From an uncultured Acidobacteriota bacterium (lineage in GTDB: Bacteria; Acidobacteriota; Blastocatellia; RBC074): 64,000 nt of DNA. Within the stretch, counting starts at the first letter, position 1. Each line of letters begins with the position of its first letter. Both the position numbers and the translations under genes were made by a program. Shown here in pieces: positions 19,365-30,916 of the stretch. The notes under the pieces are model-generated. The model worked only from the letters and a program-made list of their open reading frames with translations. It made no database searches and had not been told where the DNA came from. Where the stretch lies: positions 1,216,001-1,280,000 of the forward strand of contig CAWCKY010000003.1 in assembly GCA_963796275.1 (NCBI GenBank). The letters run 5' to 3'.

Positions 19365-21080
19365 CTACGGTGGGGCGGTATAGCGGCGTTCTATCAGAGC
19401 CCTTATGCGGGCGCGGCTCTCATCCGCGGACAGGTCGATTTCTTTTTCGACCAGAACTGCATCTTCCGCCAACCCGTCATCTTTGATTACTCTCCGGAAC
19501 CAGTCGGAATATTCGCCCTGGCGAAGATGGTGAATCCAGGTGTCATCGTCCACGCCGTCGGCCATTTGTAGAAAGACCACCAGGTTCTGCGCGCGTAAAT
19601 TGAGTTTCCCCTCAGGCCCTCGGAAGTAGAAGCTGTTTTCGGGATCGAGCTCGCCGGTAGCGTATTTACGATGATGTCGGCGGCGCTCCCCCTTTGAGGA
19701 AAGGCTCCGGACCCAGACCGGGCCTTCGTTACCATCGATTGACCAGACTATTGCCTCGCCTATCGCCAGCTTTACCGGGTCGAGCGGGGGGGCCGGCCGG
19801 CCGGCCTTATGGCAGAACGCCTTTACGGTTTGATCGGGCGACTCTCCGATAGCGATGATCGTGTTTACCGTGGATATTATCGGTTGAGCGACGTGGTCGG
19901 GTTTCAGTGTGATGAACATCATCCCCGTCGTCCCCTGCGGCAGCGTCAGCGGCGTTGGCTTCCACGATGCAGGCAGCAGATGATGCGTTTCGTCGACGAC
20001 GACCCAGTGGGGATGGCCGGTGCGTGCGCGCAGTTCCTGAATCTTCGGAAATAACTTGATGAAGAATGAGGGACGGTGTTCAAGCGCAATGCCCAGCAGG
20101 TTGATGACTACGCTCTCTTCAGGCTTCATCAACAATTCGAGCGCCTCATCGACGCTCGGAGCGCGGTTGGCATCGCCGAGAGAGACGACTCCTTCGAGCG
20201 AGGAATAATCGCCCTCCGGATCGACTATACACAACTGATATCCGCGTTCGATGAAACGTTCGATAATTCCGGTAGCCAGGGTAGTCTTGCCGCCCTGCGA
20301 AGATCCGGCAAGCAAGAGGTTGAAGCCATAAGGCGCCAGTAGCACCTCCCGCCCGTCTGCGCGAGAGCCGAGCGGAATATGGTGTCGCTCGAGCCGCCCG
20401 ATTTCGGGCGCGCTCAAATCAGAAGAGATGATCCGTTCGATCAGCTCGATGACGCCGTCCCCATGGTCCCCTGAGGTTACCAGGTCAGCGCGCTCCTTGA
20501 TCATCGGGAGCGCGTTGGAGACCGCAACCGCGCATTCGCATAAAGCAAGGAAGGCGTGGTCATTCTCGGCATCGCCGACCCCTATTGCATTGTGCCGTGA
20601 AAGCCCCAGTTCGCTTAACGCCGCGCTCAGACCCGTAGCTTTATTGATGCCGGAAGGGAGAACCATAACCGCGCCTTTATTGAAGATGACCTGCATCTCG
20701 AGCCCGAAGTCGCGGATTGTTTCGAGAACCGCCATCTCGTGCGGTTGCCAGGTAGCTATGATCGCTCTTCCCGTGGATATCGGACCGATCCCCCTTCTCC
20801 TAAGGGCATCGATGAATTCGGATGGGGGCGGTTCGGATAGAAGCTTTTCATCGAGAGTCGCCGGCCGGTATAGAAGCGCGCCATTCTCTGCAACTATCCG
20901 CTCAAAGAGGTCGAGGCGGGGAAATATCTTCTTCAAGTCTGCAACTTCACGTCCGGTTACGAGGATAAGATTGCGGCCCGAAGCGCGCAGACGCTCCAAC
21001 GCAGCTACAGCCCGCTCGCTGACCACGCCATCGTGAGCCAGTGTGCCATCGTAATCGCACGCGAGAGTGAAATAACGCAT
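19365..21080 (-). CDS. HAD-IIB hydrolase fused to a P-loop NTPase domain
   Basis: DYDGTL, VTGR, NKATGL and GDAEND HAD motifs; Walker A GSSQGGKTT; IVDPEGDY; Walker B VVVDETHH. Confidence 0.87.
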   Translation of the reverse strand: MRYFTLACDYDGTLAHDGVVSERAVAALERLRASGRNLILVTGREVADLKKIFPRLDLFERIVAENGALLYRPATLDEKLLSEPPPSEFIDALRRRGIGPISTGRAIIATWQPHEMAVLETIRDFGLEMQVIFNKGAVMVLPSGINKATGLSAALSELGLSRHNAIGVGDAENDHAFLALCECAVAVSNALPMIKERADLVTSGDHGDGVIELIERIISSDLSAPEIGRLERHHIPLGSRADGREVLLAPYGFNLLLAGSSQGGKTTLATGIIERFIERGYQLCIVDPEGDYSSLEGVVSLGDANRAPSVDEALELLMKPEESVVINLLGIALEHRPSFFIKLFPKIQELRARTGHPHWVVVDETHHLLPASWKPTPLTLPQGTTGMMFITLKPDHVAQPIISTVNTIIAIGESPDQTVKAFCHKAGRPAPPLDPVKLAIGEAIVWSIDGNEGPVWVRSLSSKGERRRHHRKYATGELDPENSFYFRGPEGKLNLRAQNLVVFLQMADGVDDDTWIHHLRQGEYSDWFRRVIKDDGLAEDAVLVEKEIDLSADESRARIRALIERRYTAPP

Positions 21081-21086
21081 AAAATC

Positions 21087-21147
21087 AATTGATAGTCGAT
21101 AGTTCGCAACCACCGAGTTAACAATTGCGAACTATCAACTATCAACT
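21087..21147. repeat. Heptamer-armed hairpin, TTGATAG family
   Basis: AATTGATAGTCGATAGTTCGCAA / TTGCGAACTATCAACTATCAACT; it fills most of the 80-bp intergenic gap. Confidence 0.8.
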
Positions 21148-21160
21148 ATTAGTATATTTC

Positions 21161-23395
21161 TTATTCGTATAAACTTTGTGCGCGTTTCAATCTGCCCGTC
21201 AGACTGGCGACGCTGACGACCAGCTCATCGGGCTCGACCGGTTTAGTCAGGTGCAACTGAAAACCGGCGGCGAGCACGCGTATGCGGTCTTCGGCGCCCG
21301 CATTTGCGGTCAAAGCTATGATCGGCATTCTGCCGTCGCCATCGGGTTCGAGTTCGCGGATACGGCGTATCAATTCAAAGCCATCGCCGTTGGGCATTGC
21401 GATGTCTGTGATCACGATCTCTGGCTGCCATGTGATCAGCGCGTTTATCGCCTCGGTGACGTTGCCCGAGGTTTGGACATCTGCATCACTCAAATTAAGA
21501 ATAGTGGCCAGCAGTTCGCGGGCGTCGGATTGATCATCGACGACCAGCACACGGAGACCCGTTAGTTTCGGCGCCCGGTCCGACAGAACGATTTTCTGAT
21601 CAAGAGTTGATATCTCCATGCCGCGTAGTGTGGAGATGGGGGCAGCCAGTGGAAGTATGACGGTGAAAGCCGCGCCCTGGCCGACGCCCGCGCTTTCGGC
21701 TTTCGCCGCGCCGCCGTGCATTTCGACAAGGTGTCGCACAATCGCCAGACCCAAACCCAAACCTCCATGCTTCCTGGTGCTGCTGCCATCCGCCTGCCGG
21801 AAGCGTTCGAAGACGTAAGGGAGGAACTCGCGGGCAATGCCCATGCCGGTGTCACTGACTATGATCTCAATGTGCTCATTGAGGCGTCGCAGGCGGACCT
21901 TAACGCTTCCTCCCATCGGCGTGAACTTCACGGCATTGGAGAGCAAATTCCAGATCACCTGCTGGATCCGATTCGGGTCGCCCTGGAATGGGCACGTGGT
22001 CGGGTCCACTTCGACTTGCAGTTGTACTCCCTTCGCATCTGCCGCGGGCCGCGCCGATTCGACGGCCGATTGGATGATGGAGACGAGGTCGGCCACCCGG
22101 ATATCGAGGCGGAGTTTGCCGGTGATGATGCGCGAGACGTCGAGCAGATCATCGATCAATTTCTTCTGGGCGCGCGCGCTCCGTTCGATGGTTTCTAGCG
22201 CCTGTTCCTCTTTATCATCGACGAGCTTGCCGTTTCTGATGAGCGTGGTCCATCCGAGTATCGCATTGAGGGGGGCACGCAACTCGTGCGAAACGGTTGC
22301 GAGGAATTCATCCTTCAAACGATTGGCCGTTTCCGATTCCTTGCGCGCCGCCTGCTCGCGCACGAGCAGCTCGCCGCGTTCCTTCTCGGCCTGTTTCCGT
22401 TCGACGATCTCCTGTTCAAGCGCCCCGGCGTGGTGTTGTAGTTCAGCGTAAAGCCGCGCATTCTCATAAAAAACCATCGCTTGAGCCAGTGTGGCAGCAA
22501 AGTGTTCATCCGCTTCGCTGAACTCCTCGCCGGAAAGCTTGTCGGCGAGATAAAGCCACCCGCGCACGCGATCGTGCTGTATTAGTGTGGCGCCGAGGAA
22601 CGATCTGACCGGCGGTTGGTCAGGTAGAAGGCGGATAAATTGTCGCACCTCATCGGGCGGTGAGAGGCGGACCGACCGTTTCGCCTCGAAATGTTCGCCT
22701 AGCATCCTCTGGCACACTTTCGGCAAGCCTGAATTGATGGCAGTCTCGCGATCGATTCCGCCGGTGAAGAAATGGCGCACCGACACGCCGTCTTCCTCCA
22801 ACACTCCCAGCGTCGCATAGCGTGCCCACAGGATGTCGCGCGCCTCATCGCACAAGGTTGCCAGTACCTGTTCGGGATCGCGCTCGGCAGCCAGTTGCTG
22901 GCTGAGGTCTATCAATCGCAAAAGCCGCTGGATATTAGCATTCTCGAGCTCGATGTTTTTTTGGCGGAGCAGCTCTGCTTGTCGTTTTACTTGCTCGGTT
23001 TTTTTGAAAAGTTCGACGAAAACCGCGACCTTCGATTTCAATGCCTCGGGTTCTATCGGCTTGATGATGTAATCGACGGCGCCCAGCTTGTACCCCTGCG
23101 AGTGCTGGGTGCGGCCCGCGCTGTCGTGCGCGGTCAGAAAAATTATGGGAAGATCGCGCGTACGCTCGCGCCCGCGAATGAGGGCTGCCGTCTCCAGTCC
23201 GTCAATGATCGGCATCTGCACGTCGAGCAGGATGACCGCAGCTTCGCGGTCGAGCAGGAATCGTAATGCCTCCTCACCAGAAGAAGCCCGGACTAGGTTT
23301 CGGTCCGGCGCTTCCAGGATGGTCTCCAACGACAATAGATTGCTCGGATTGTCGTCGACCATCAGGATATTGATCTTCTGATTCCCATTTTCCAT
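21161..23395 (-). CDS. Hybrid sensor histidine kinase REC-GAF-HisKA-HATPase-REC
   Basis: VDDN...LLDVQMP; FLATVSHELRAPL; NAVKFT, DTGMG, GGLGLGL; C-terminal REC domain. Confidence 0.95.
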   Translation of the reverse strand: MENGNQKINILMVDDNPSNLLSLETILEAPDRNLVRASSGEEALRFLLDREAAVILLDVQMPIIDGLETAALIRGRERTRDLPIIFLTAHDSAGRTQHSQGYKLGAVDYIIKPIEPEALKSKVAVFVELFKKTEQVKRQAELLRQKNIELENANIQRLLRLIDLSQQLAAERDPEQVLATLCDEARDILWARYATLGVLEEDGVSVRHFFTGGIDRETAINSGLPKVCQRMLGEHFEAKRSVRLSPPDEVRQFIRLLPDQPPVRSFLGATLIQHDRVRGWLYLADKLSGEEFSEADEHFAATLAQAMVFYENARLYAELQHHAGALEQEIVERKQAEKERGELLVREQAARKESETANRLKDEFLATVSHELRAPLNAILGWTTLIRNGKLVDDKEEQALETIERSARAQKKLIDDLLDVSRIITGKLRLDIRVADLVSIIQSAVESARPAADAKGVQLQVEVDPTTCPFQGDPNRIQQVIWNLLSNAVKFTPMGGSVKVRLRRLNEHIEIIVSDTGMGIAREFLPYVFERFRQADGSSTRKHGGLGLGLAIVRHLVEMHGGAAKAESAGVGQGAAFTVILPLAAPISTLRGMEISTLDQKIVLSDRAPKLTGLRVLVVDDQSDARELLATILNLSDADVQTSGNVTEAINALITWQPEIVITDIAMPNGDGFELIRRIRELEPDGDGRMPIIALTANAGAEDRIRVLAAGFQLHLTKPVEPDELVVSVASLTGRLKRAQSLYE

Positions 23396-23542
23396 GAGTA
23401 TTTATCGAAACAAAAATTGCAAAATGTGGCAAAAGGGCAAGCGAATTTGCCTCTTCATCCATCCTACTTAACTACCTATTTCCTACTATTCCCCTAAAAA
23501 ATACAATTCTGCGAATTCTGCTCTTACGCCTTTCCCAATCTT

Positions 23543-26500
23543 TCATGCGCCTACCGCCTTTCGACCGTAGAGCCGGACCCGGAGCATCGAGAGAAGTTGA
23601 TCCATGTCGAGAGGCTTGGCGATGTAATCGGAAGCTCCTGCATCGATACATTTGTCGCGGTCCGCTTTCATCGCTTTGGCCGTGAGTGCGATTATGGGTA
23701 GCTGATTGAACCGTTCTATCTGCCGGATGGCCTGCATAGTTTCGTACCCGTCCATCTCCGGCATCATAATGTCCATCAATACCACGTCGGTATCCGGGTT
23801 TTGCGTAAGCAGGTCTATTCCTTCGCGCCCGTTCTCGGCGCGCAGGACGAGCATCTTGTACGACTCGAGCGCGCTGGTGAGCGCAAAGATATTGCGCACG
23901 TCATCATCAACGATCAGCACCTTCTTGCCTTCGAGTATCGGGTCTCGGCGGAGCAGCTGTTCGAGCATACGCCGTTGCTTTTCCGGCAGATTGCTTTCTA
24001 CGCGATGTAGGAAGAGCGACGTCTCCGCCAGCAGCCGTTCCGGTGAATTGGCCTCCTTAACGACGATAGCATCGGCGACCATCCGCAACCGGGCATCATC
24101 TTTCTCGGTCAGGTCTTTGCCGGTATATACGATGATCGGCAGATCGAGAAGACCGAGGTCTTTCTGAATCCGCTCGATCAGCTCGAAACCATCCATTTCC
24201 GGCAGCCTCAGGTCGAGCACCATGCAATCGAAGATATTTTCTTGCAGTTTTACCAGCGCCTCTTCGCCAGTCGCCACAGCCGTGGTAAGCACGTCATCCT
24301 TGCCGATCAGCTCGACGATGGCCATCCTCTGTACGTCATCATCCTCGACTACCAGTAATTGCTTTATTTTTCTCTGGGCGAATGCGGCGATCTTTTCAAA
24401 CGACTCGTTGAGCTGTTCGCGCGTCACCGGTTTGCGCAAGTGTGTAAACGCGCCGAGTTTGCGCGGCTGATAATCGCGATCGTCAGCTGTGATGACGTGG
24501 ATCGGGATGTGCCGGGTCTTCGGATCACGTTTCAAGCGATCAAAGATCGTCCAGCCGTCGCGGTCCGGCAGCCTGATATCGAGCGTGATCGCATCGGGTT
24601 TGTATTTGTGAGCTAGAGCCAAGGCAGAATCGCCCTCTGCCGAGACGATACCCTTGAATCCGTTTTCGTGTGCGGTATCGATTAATATCTGCGCGAACAG
24701 CGAGTCGTCCTCAATGATAAGGACGACGAGATCGCCGGGGGAAATCCCTTGGCGGTCATCGGCGACCTCGATCACTACTTCGTATTCGCTGGGAGTCAAT
24801 GTGGATAAGAATTCCACCTCTCCTCTTCGCGGATCGTGTTCGCTTGCTACGGGCCTGCCTCTTTCAGGCACCGAGGTTTTGAGGGTGCGCGGCAGATAGA
24901 GTGTGAAAGTACTGCCCTTGCCCGGCGCGCTGACGACGCGGATTTCGCCGCCGAGGAGCCGCGCGATCTCGCGGCTAATGGAGAGACCAAGCCCAGTCCC
25001 GCCATACTTCCGGCTCGTCGTCCCGTCCGCCTGCTGGAACGCTTCAAAGATGATCCGCTGTTTTTCCACAGGTATGCCGATGCCCGTGTCGGTCACGGAG
25101 AAGGCGATCACCGTATCGGCGTTGTTGAGCGAATCGAGTGCGAATGTGTTGCGCGGGTCGGCTACTCTGATTCCCAGGCTGACCCTGCCTCTCTCGGTGA
25201 ACTTGAATGCGTTCGATAGCAGGTTTTTGAGAATCTGAAGCAGGCGCTTGTTATCAGTGAAGATCATGGACGGCAAGTTCGGCGATCTTTCTATGTGGAA
25301 CTCGAGACCCTTATCGGCGCCCATCTGATGGAAACTACGATTGAGCAGGTCGCTGATCTCATCGAATTGCACCTGGGCGAGCTCGATCGCCATCATCCCC
25401 GACTCGATCTTGGATAGATCGAGGATGTCATTGATCAGCGAGAGCAGGTCGTTTCCGGAAGAGTAGACCGTTTCAGCGAACTGCACTTGTTTAGGGGTCA
25501 GGTTGGTGTCGTGGTTTTCGGCCAGTTGTCGCGAGAGAATGAGCATGGAGTTGAGCGGCGTGCGCAACTCGTGCGACATGTTGGCGAGGAACTCCGATTT
25601 GTATTTTGAAGTTAGCGCTAGCTGTTCGGCTTTCTCGCGCATCGCTTCGCGCGCTTCCTCGACTTCACCCTTCTTGGCCTCCACCTCCGCCTTCTGCTGC
25701 GCCAGCAGCTCGGCCTTCTCCTGCAGCTCCTCGTTGGTCTTGCGGAGTTCCTCCTGCTGCGACCGCAGCCGCTCTTCCGACTCGCGCAGCGTCAGCGCCT
25801 GTTGTTCGAGCCGCTCGTTTGTCTTCTTCAATTCATCCTGTTGGCTCTGCAATTCGGTGGCAAGCTGCTGCGACTGGATCAGCAAGCGTTCCGTGCGCGT
25901 ATTGGCCTCGATAGTGTTGAGCACGATGCCGATGCTGTCAGTCAATTGATCGAGAAAAGTGAGGTGGATTTCACTGAAGCGGTTGAACGATGCCAGCTCG
26001 ATCACCGCCCTGACCCGGTCTTCGAAAAGCGCCGGCATGACGATGATGTTGAGCGGTGTTCCATCGCCGAGGCCGGACCTGATGACGAGATAATCGTCGG
26101 GAACGTTGGTCAACAGGATGCGCTTCTTCTCGGCCATGCACTGTCCGACCAAACCCCTTCCGGCCCTGAATTCGGTGGGCAGGTTATCTCGTTCGGCGTA
26201 GGCGTAACTGCTCAGCAGTTTCATCACCGCTTCGCCGTCATCTTTTCGCTGATTGACATAAAAGATGCCCTGTTGCGCTTCGACCAGCGGCGCAAGCTCA
26301 GAGAGGATCATATTCGCCACAGTCGCCATATCGCGCTGTCCTTGAAGCATGCTGTTGAACCGGGCGAGGTTGGATTTGAGCCAATCCTGCTCCTTGTTCT
26401 TCTGCGTCGTGTCTCTCAGGTTGCGGATCATCTTGTTGATATTGTCCTTGAGCGCCGCCACCTCTCCCTGCGCTTCGACGCTGATCGAGCGCGTCAGGTC

Positions 26501-28660
26501 GCCCTGCGTCACCGCCGTCGATACTTCGCCGATTGCACGAACCTGCGTCGTCAGGTTCGCGGCTAGCTGGTTTACGTTGTCCGTCAAATCGCGCCACGTG
26601 CCAGAAGCTCCGGGCACGTTCGCCTGACCTCCCAGCTTACCCTCGAATCCCACCTCGCGCGCCATCGTGGTCACCTGGTCGGAGAAGGTGGCCAGGGTGT
26701 CGATCATCGCATTGATGGTATTGGCGAGTTCGGCGATCTCGCCCTTCGATTCGATGGCCAGTTTGCGTTTCAAATCGCCGTTGGCCACCGAAGTGACTAC
26801 CTGCACGATGCCGCGCACCTGATTGGTCAGGTTGCCTGCCATGAAGTTGACGCTGTCGGTCAGGTCCTTCCACGTCCCGGCGACGCCCGGCACCTGCGCC
26901 TGTCCCCCGAGCTTGCCCTCGGTGCCGACCTCGCGTGCGACGCGTGTTACCTCAGATGCGAAGGAGTTGAGCTGATCGACCATGACGTTGATCGTGTTCT
27001 TAAGCTCGAGGATTTCACCTTTGACGTCGACCGTGATCTTCTTGGAGAGGTCGCCCTTCGCCACCGCTGTAGTTACTTCGGCTATGTTGCGCACCTGGCT
27101 CGTCAGGTTGCCGGCCATGAAATTCACGCTGTCGGTCAGGTCTTTCCACGTTCCGCCGACACCTCGCACATATGCCTGCCCGCCGAGCTTGCCCTCGGTG
27201 CCGACCTCGCGCGCGACGCGCGTCACCTCAGATGCGAACGAGTTGAGCTGATCGACCATCCGGTTGATCGCTTCCTTGATCTGAAGGATTTCGCCACGTA
27301 CATCTACCGTGATCTTCTGCGTCAGGTCGCCGTTGGCGATGGCGGATCCGACCTTCGACACGTCGCGGAACTGTACAGTCAGGTTGTCCGCCATGGAATT
27401 GACGCTGTCGGTCAGGTCCTTCCACGTCCCGGCGATGCCGGCTACCTGCGCCTGTCCGCCGAGCTTGCCCTCCGTACCGACTTCGCGTGCGACGCGCGTC
27501 ACCTCAGAGGCGAACGAATTGAGCTGATCGACCATGCGGTTGATCGTGTCCTTCAACTCGCGGATTTCACCCTTCACATCGACGGTGATCTTTTTGGAGA
27601 GGTTGCCGTTCGCCACGGCCGTTGTAACGTCTGCGATGTTGCGGACCTGGGCGGTCAGGTTGCTGGCCATGAAATTAACGTTATCGGTCAGGTCCTTCCA
27701 CGTTCCGGCGACGCCCGGCACCTGCGCCTGTCCGCCGAGCTTGCCCTCGGTGCCGACCTCGCGTGCGACGCGCGTCACCTCAGATGCGAACGAGTTGAGC
27801 TGATCGACCATGACGTTGATCGTATTCTTGAGCTCGAGGATCTCACCTTTGACGTCGACCGTGATCTTTTTGGAGAGGTCGCCCTTCGCCACCGCTGTAG
27901 TCACTTCGGCGATGTTGCGCACCTGCGCGGTGAGGTTGCTGGCCATGAAGTTGACGTTATCGGTCAGGTCTTTCCACGTCCCGGCTACACCCTTGACCTT
28001 CGCCTCTCCGCCGAGTTTGCCTTCCGATCCGACTTCGCGCGCGACGCGCGTCACCTCAGAGGCAAAGGACCCGAGCTGCGCCACCATTCCATTGACCAGT
28101 CTCACAACCTTGGAGAACTCACCGCGCAGCGGGCGGCCGTCGACCTCGAGCGCCATCGTCTGCGAGAGGTCTCCATTGGCGACCGCGCCGATAACGCGCG
28201 ACATTTCATTGGTCGGTTGCGCAAGGTCGTCGATCAAGGTATTGACCGATTCGATCAGGCTCACCCAAGAACCGTCCGCGACCGGCGGTGCGGCCCGGTT
28301 CGTGATCTTACCTTCCTTTCCCACTACGCGACTCACTCTCTCTAACTCTTTAGCGAGCCGCTCGTTCGTCTCTATCACCTCGTTCAGGGTGTCCGCTATC
28401 TTTCCGGATATGCCCGTCAGATCATGCGGCAGACGCGTGGAAAAATTTCCTTTTTTGAATGCTGTAAGCGTTTTTAAAAGAAGTTTGGCGCTGAGAAGGG
28501 ATGGCTCGATACCGGACAGCTCTCCTGTATCCCTACCATTTTCTTTATTTGTCAGCTTAGCTCTGGATCCATTTCCAGCCGCTTCTCTTCTTCTCGCTTT
28601 TGATTCGTTTGACCCTTTGCCCCTCTTGGATTTGGGAGTATTTGTGCGTTCTGAAGGCAT
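23543..28660 (-). CDS. Cytoplasmic multi-HAMP hybrid histidine kinase (OsaA/group III-like): poly-HAMP, GAF, HisKA, HATPase, 3 REC
   Basis: 92-aa repeats (GTWKDLTD...[19 protein letters not shown]); [13 protein letters not shown]; three receiver domains; ATG at 28660 with GAGGGA upstream. Confidence 0.95.
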   Translation of the reverse strand: MPSERTNTPKSKRGKGSNESKARRREAAGNGSRAKLTNKENGRDTGELSGIEPSLLSAKLLLKTLTAFKKGNFSTRLPHDLTGISGKIADTLNEVIETNERLAKELERVSRVVGKEGKITNRAAPPVADGSWVSLIESVNTLIDDLAQPTNEMSRVIGAVANGDLSQTMALEVDGRPLRGEFSKVVRLVNGMVAQLGSFASEVTRVAREVGSEGKLGGEAKVKGVAGTWKDLTDNVNFMASNLTAQVRNIAEVTTAVAKGDLSKKITVDVKGEILELKNTINVMVDQLNSFASEVTRVAREVGTEGKLGGQAQVPGVAGTWKDLTDNVNFMASNLTAQVRNIADVTTAVANGNLSKKITVDVKGEIRELKDTINRMVDQLNSFASEVTRVAREVGTEGKLGGQAQVAGIAGTWKDLTDSVNSMADNLTVQFRDVSKVGSAIANGDLTQKITVDVRGEILQIKEAINRMVDQLNSFASEVTRVAREVGTEGKLGGQAYVRGVGGTWKDLTDSVNFMAGNLTSQVRNIAEVTTAVAKGDLSKKITVDVKGEILELKNTINVMVDQLNSFASEVTRVAREVGTEGKLGGQAQVPGVAGTWKDLTDSVNFMAGNLTNQVRGIVQVVTSVANGDLKRKLAIESKGEIAELANTINAMIDTLATFSDQVTTMAREVGFEGKLGGQANVPGASGTWRDLTDNVNQLAANLTTQVRAIGEVSTAVTQGDLTRSISVEAQGEVAALKDNINKMIRNLRDTTQKNKEQDWLKSNLARFNSMLQGQRDMATVANMILSELAPLVEAQQGIFYVNQRKDDGEAVMKLLSSYAYAERDNLPTEFRAGRGLVGQCMAEKKRILLTNVPDDYLVIRSGLGDGTPLNIIVMPALFEDRVRAVIELASFNRFSEIHLTFLDQLTDSIGIVLNTIEANTRTERLLIQSQQLATELQSQQDELKKTNERLEQQALTLRESEERLRSQQEELRKTNEELQEKAELLAQQKAEVEAKKGEVEEAREAMREKAEQLALTSKYKSEFLANMSHELRTPLNSMLILSRQLAENHDTNLTPKQVQFAETVYSSGNDLLSLINDILDLSKIESGMMAIELAQVQFDEISDLLNRSFHQMGADKGLEFHIERSPNLPSMIFTDNKRLLQILKNLLSNAFKFTERGRVSLGIRVADPRNTFALDSLNNADTVIAFSVTDTGIGIPVEKQRIIFEAFQQADGTTSRKYGGTGLGLSISREIARLLGGEIRVVSAPGKGSTFTLYLPRTLKTSVPERGRPVASEHDPRRGEVEFLSTLTPSEYEVVIEVADDRQGISPGDLVVLIIEDDSLFAQILIDTAHENGFKGIVSAEGDSALALAHKYKPDAITLDIRLPDRDGWTIFDRLKRDPKTRHIPIHVITADDRDYQPRKLGAFTHLRKPVTREQLNESFEKIAAFAQRKIKQLLVVEDDDVQRMAIVELIGKDDVLTTAVATGEEALVKLQENIFDCMVLDLRLPEMDGFELIERIQKDLGLLDLPIIVYTGKDLTEKDDARLRMVADAIVVKEANSPERLLAETSLFLHRVESNLPEKQRRMLEQLLRRDPILEGKKVLIVDDDVRNIFALTSALESYKMLVLRAENGREGIDLLTQNPDTDVVLMDIMMPEMDGYETMQAIRQIERFNQLPIIALTAKAMKADRDKCIDAGASDYIAKPLDMDQLLSMLRVRLYGRKAVGA
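26592..28250 (-). repeat. Intragenic 276-bp tandem repeats encoding HAMP units
   Basis: TTCCACG recurs at 26868, 27144, 27420, 27696 and 27972 (period 276). Confidence 0.92.
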
Positions 28661-28947
28661 GGTCCCTCGCAATTGTTATTTATCGTTTTCCTCGGTTAAT
28701 TACCTAAAGAAATCACCTGGCTTTGGTTGGTCTTCTTTTTCTTGTGATCAGTCGTGAAACACTGCATATGTTATATAATGGTACAACTCGTTCTCTTATA
28801 TTACATTAACGCAGCTTGGTACCCCTAAAGATAATTTTAGGCAAGAAACAAGCCAGGAAAACTCCTCGCCAGGAAATTAGATTAATGATAGGGCATTGAG
28901 ACAATTTAGTCCAATTGCCCATAGAAATCATGTGATAACCTGAATGA

Positions 28948-30834
28948 ATGAATATCGGCGCCACCGTTTTGCGTAAAGGAGGCGGCGTCCAGTTTCGTGT
29001 ATGGGCGCCGCGTCGAAGTCACGTCGAGGTGGTAATTAAGAATGAAAATTTTACCGGATATGAGCTTCAAAGCGAAGCTGGGGGATATTATTCGGGCAAA
29101 GTTGACGAGGCGGTTGACGGGACGCTCTATTGGATTCGACTGGACAAGGGTGAGAGGCTCCTTCCCGATCCCGCATCTCGGTGTCAGCCTGAAGGGCCGC
29201 ACGGCCCATCACGGGTGGTCGATCCCAATCTTTTTCAATGGACAGATGATGAATGGCGTGGGGTGCAGCTCGATGGCCAAATCATCTACGAATTGCACAT
29301 CGGCACATTCACGCGCAAGGGGACGTGGGAGGCAGCGAAACGGGAGCTCGATGAATTGGCCGGCCTCGGCATCACCGTTATAGAAGTGATGCCGGTTGCC
29401 GATTTTCCGGGGCGCTTCGGTTGGGGCTATGACGGAGTTAATCTGTTCGCCCCGACGCGGCTCTATGGGGAACCGGACGGCTTCAGAAGTTTTGTAGACC
29501 GGGCACACGCTCTTGGAGTTGCCATCATCCTCGACGTCGTCTACAACCATCTCGGCCCTGACGGCAATTACCTGAAAGAATTCTCAGAAGATTATTTCTC
29601 GAAGCGCCACCGGACCGATTGGGGCGAAGCGATCAACTTCGATGGCGAGAACAGCCAGCCCGTCCGCGATTATTTCCTCGCCAATGCGGCGTACTGGATC
29701 GAAGAGTTTCATTTGGACGGGTTGCGTCTGGATGCAACCCACAGTATTTACGACGATTCGGAGGACCATATTCTAGCGGCCGTCACGCGTCGCGTGCGCG
29801 AAGCTGCTCGAGCCAGAGCCACTATCGTGGTGGCCGAGGACGACTCGCAGCGGGTCCGGCTGGCCCAGCCCCTCGAACGCGGCGGATTGGGAATTGACGG
29901 CTTGTGGAATGATGATTTTCATCACAGCGCGAGGGTTGCGATGACCGGACGTAATGAAGCTTACCTGAGCGGATATCGAGGCAGACCGCAGGAAATCATT
30001 TCAGCGATCAAATATGGTTACCTATATCAGGGGCAATGGAATAATTGGAAAAATGACCGGCGGGGAACTTCAGATTTTACGCTTCCGCGATCAAGCTTCG
30101 TCATCTTCATTCAAAATCACGATCAGATCGCGAATGCCAGCCGCGGAGAGAGATGCCACATACTGACGAGTCCGGGACGATATCGTGCGATGACCGCTTT
30201 ACTCCTGCTTGCGCCATCCACGCCGATGCTCTTCCAGGGGCAGGAGTTCGCCTCATCGAGCCCTTTCAATTTCTTCGCCGATTTCGAGGGCGAGCTGAAG
30301 CGGCTGGTCAGGGAAGGCCGTTTCCGAACGCTCGGGGAATTTCGCAGTCTGGCGACGGCCGAAGCACAGGCTGCGCTGATCGACCCCGGCGACCCTGAAA
30401 CATTCAACCGTTGCAAGCTCGATTTCAATGAACGCCGGCGCCACTCCGAGGTCTATCTCATGCATCGAGACCTGATCGAGCTGCGAAGAGAGTTCTTTCA
30501 GAACCGGGGCATGAATGGAGTCGATGGCGCTGTACTGAGCGACGAGGCCTTCGTCCTCCGCTTTTTCGGAAAAGACTGGGGAGACGATCGCTTGTTGCTC
30601 GTCAATATGGGAATCGATCTCGTTTTACATCCTGCGCCTGAGCCGCTGCTTGCGCCGCCAACGGAATATCAATGGGAACTGAGATGGTCGAGCGAAGACC
30701 CGCGTTACGGAGGGACGGGCACGGCGCAGATTGAGACGAAAGAGGGCTGGTTCATACCTGGCCATGCCGCGGTGGTGATGATCGGGGGCGGCAGGGAGAA
30801 GACGAAACGAATGAAAATAGACGTACGGATATAA
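28948..30834 (+). CDS. treZ: Malto-oligosyltrehalose trehalohydrolase
   Basis: FRVWAP, YELHIGTFT, WGYDGV, DVVYNHLGP, GLRLDATH, QNHDQIAN (GH13). Confidence 0.93.
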   Translation: MNIGATVLRKGGGVQFRVWAPRRSHVEVVIKNENFTGYELQSEAGGYYSGKVDEAVDGTLYWIRLDKGERLLPDPASRCQPEGPHGPSRVVDPNLFQWTDDEWRGVQLDGQIIYELHIGTFTRKGTWEAAKRELDELAGLGITVIEVMPVADFPGRFGWGYDGVNLFAPTRLYGEPDGFRSFVDRAHALGVAIILDVVYNHLGPDGNYLKEFSEDYFSKRHRTDWGEAINFDGENSQPVRDYFLANAAYWIEEFHLDGLRLDATHSIYDDSEDHILAAVTRRVREAARARATIVVAEDDSQRVRLAQPLERGGLGIDGLWNDDFHHSARVAMTGRNEAYLSGYRGRPQEIISAIKYGYLYQGQWNNWKNDRRGTSDFTLPRSSFVIFIQNHDQIANASRGERCHILTSPGRYRAMTALLLLAPSTPMLFQGQEFASSSPFNFFADFEGELKRLVREGRFRTLGEFRSLATAEAQAALIDPGDPETFNRCKLDFNERRRHSEVYLMHRDLIELRREFFQNRGMNGVDGAVLSDEAFVLRFFGKDWGDDRLLLVNMGIDLVLHPAPEPLLAPPTEYQWELRWSSEDPRYGGTGTAQIETKEGWFIPGHAAVVMIGGGREKTKRMKIDVRI

Positions 30835-30865
30835 GAAGTTTGTCTGTTTCGTTATTTTTCTTTGT
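30800..30865. repeat. Degenerate 9-mer-armed hairpin overlapping the treZ 3' end
   Basis: GACGAAACGAATGAAAATAGACG against TGTCTGTTTCGTTATTTTTC. Confidence 0.45.
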
Positions 30866-30916
30866 TTTATATTTCTTTCTTATCATCTGGTTGAAAGCCA
30901 TCCGCGATTTTCTGGA

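Noticed and set aside
23400-23535. Possible additional repeat-armed elements here and at 49797-49890
   Set aside because: Some periodicity is visible, but too degenerate to define units or arms reliably.
26592-28250. 276-bp repeats as a mobile element or misassembly
   Set aside because: They are in-frame 92-aa HAMP units with synonymous divergence, normal for this kinase family.
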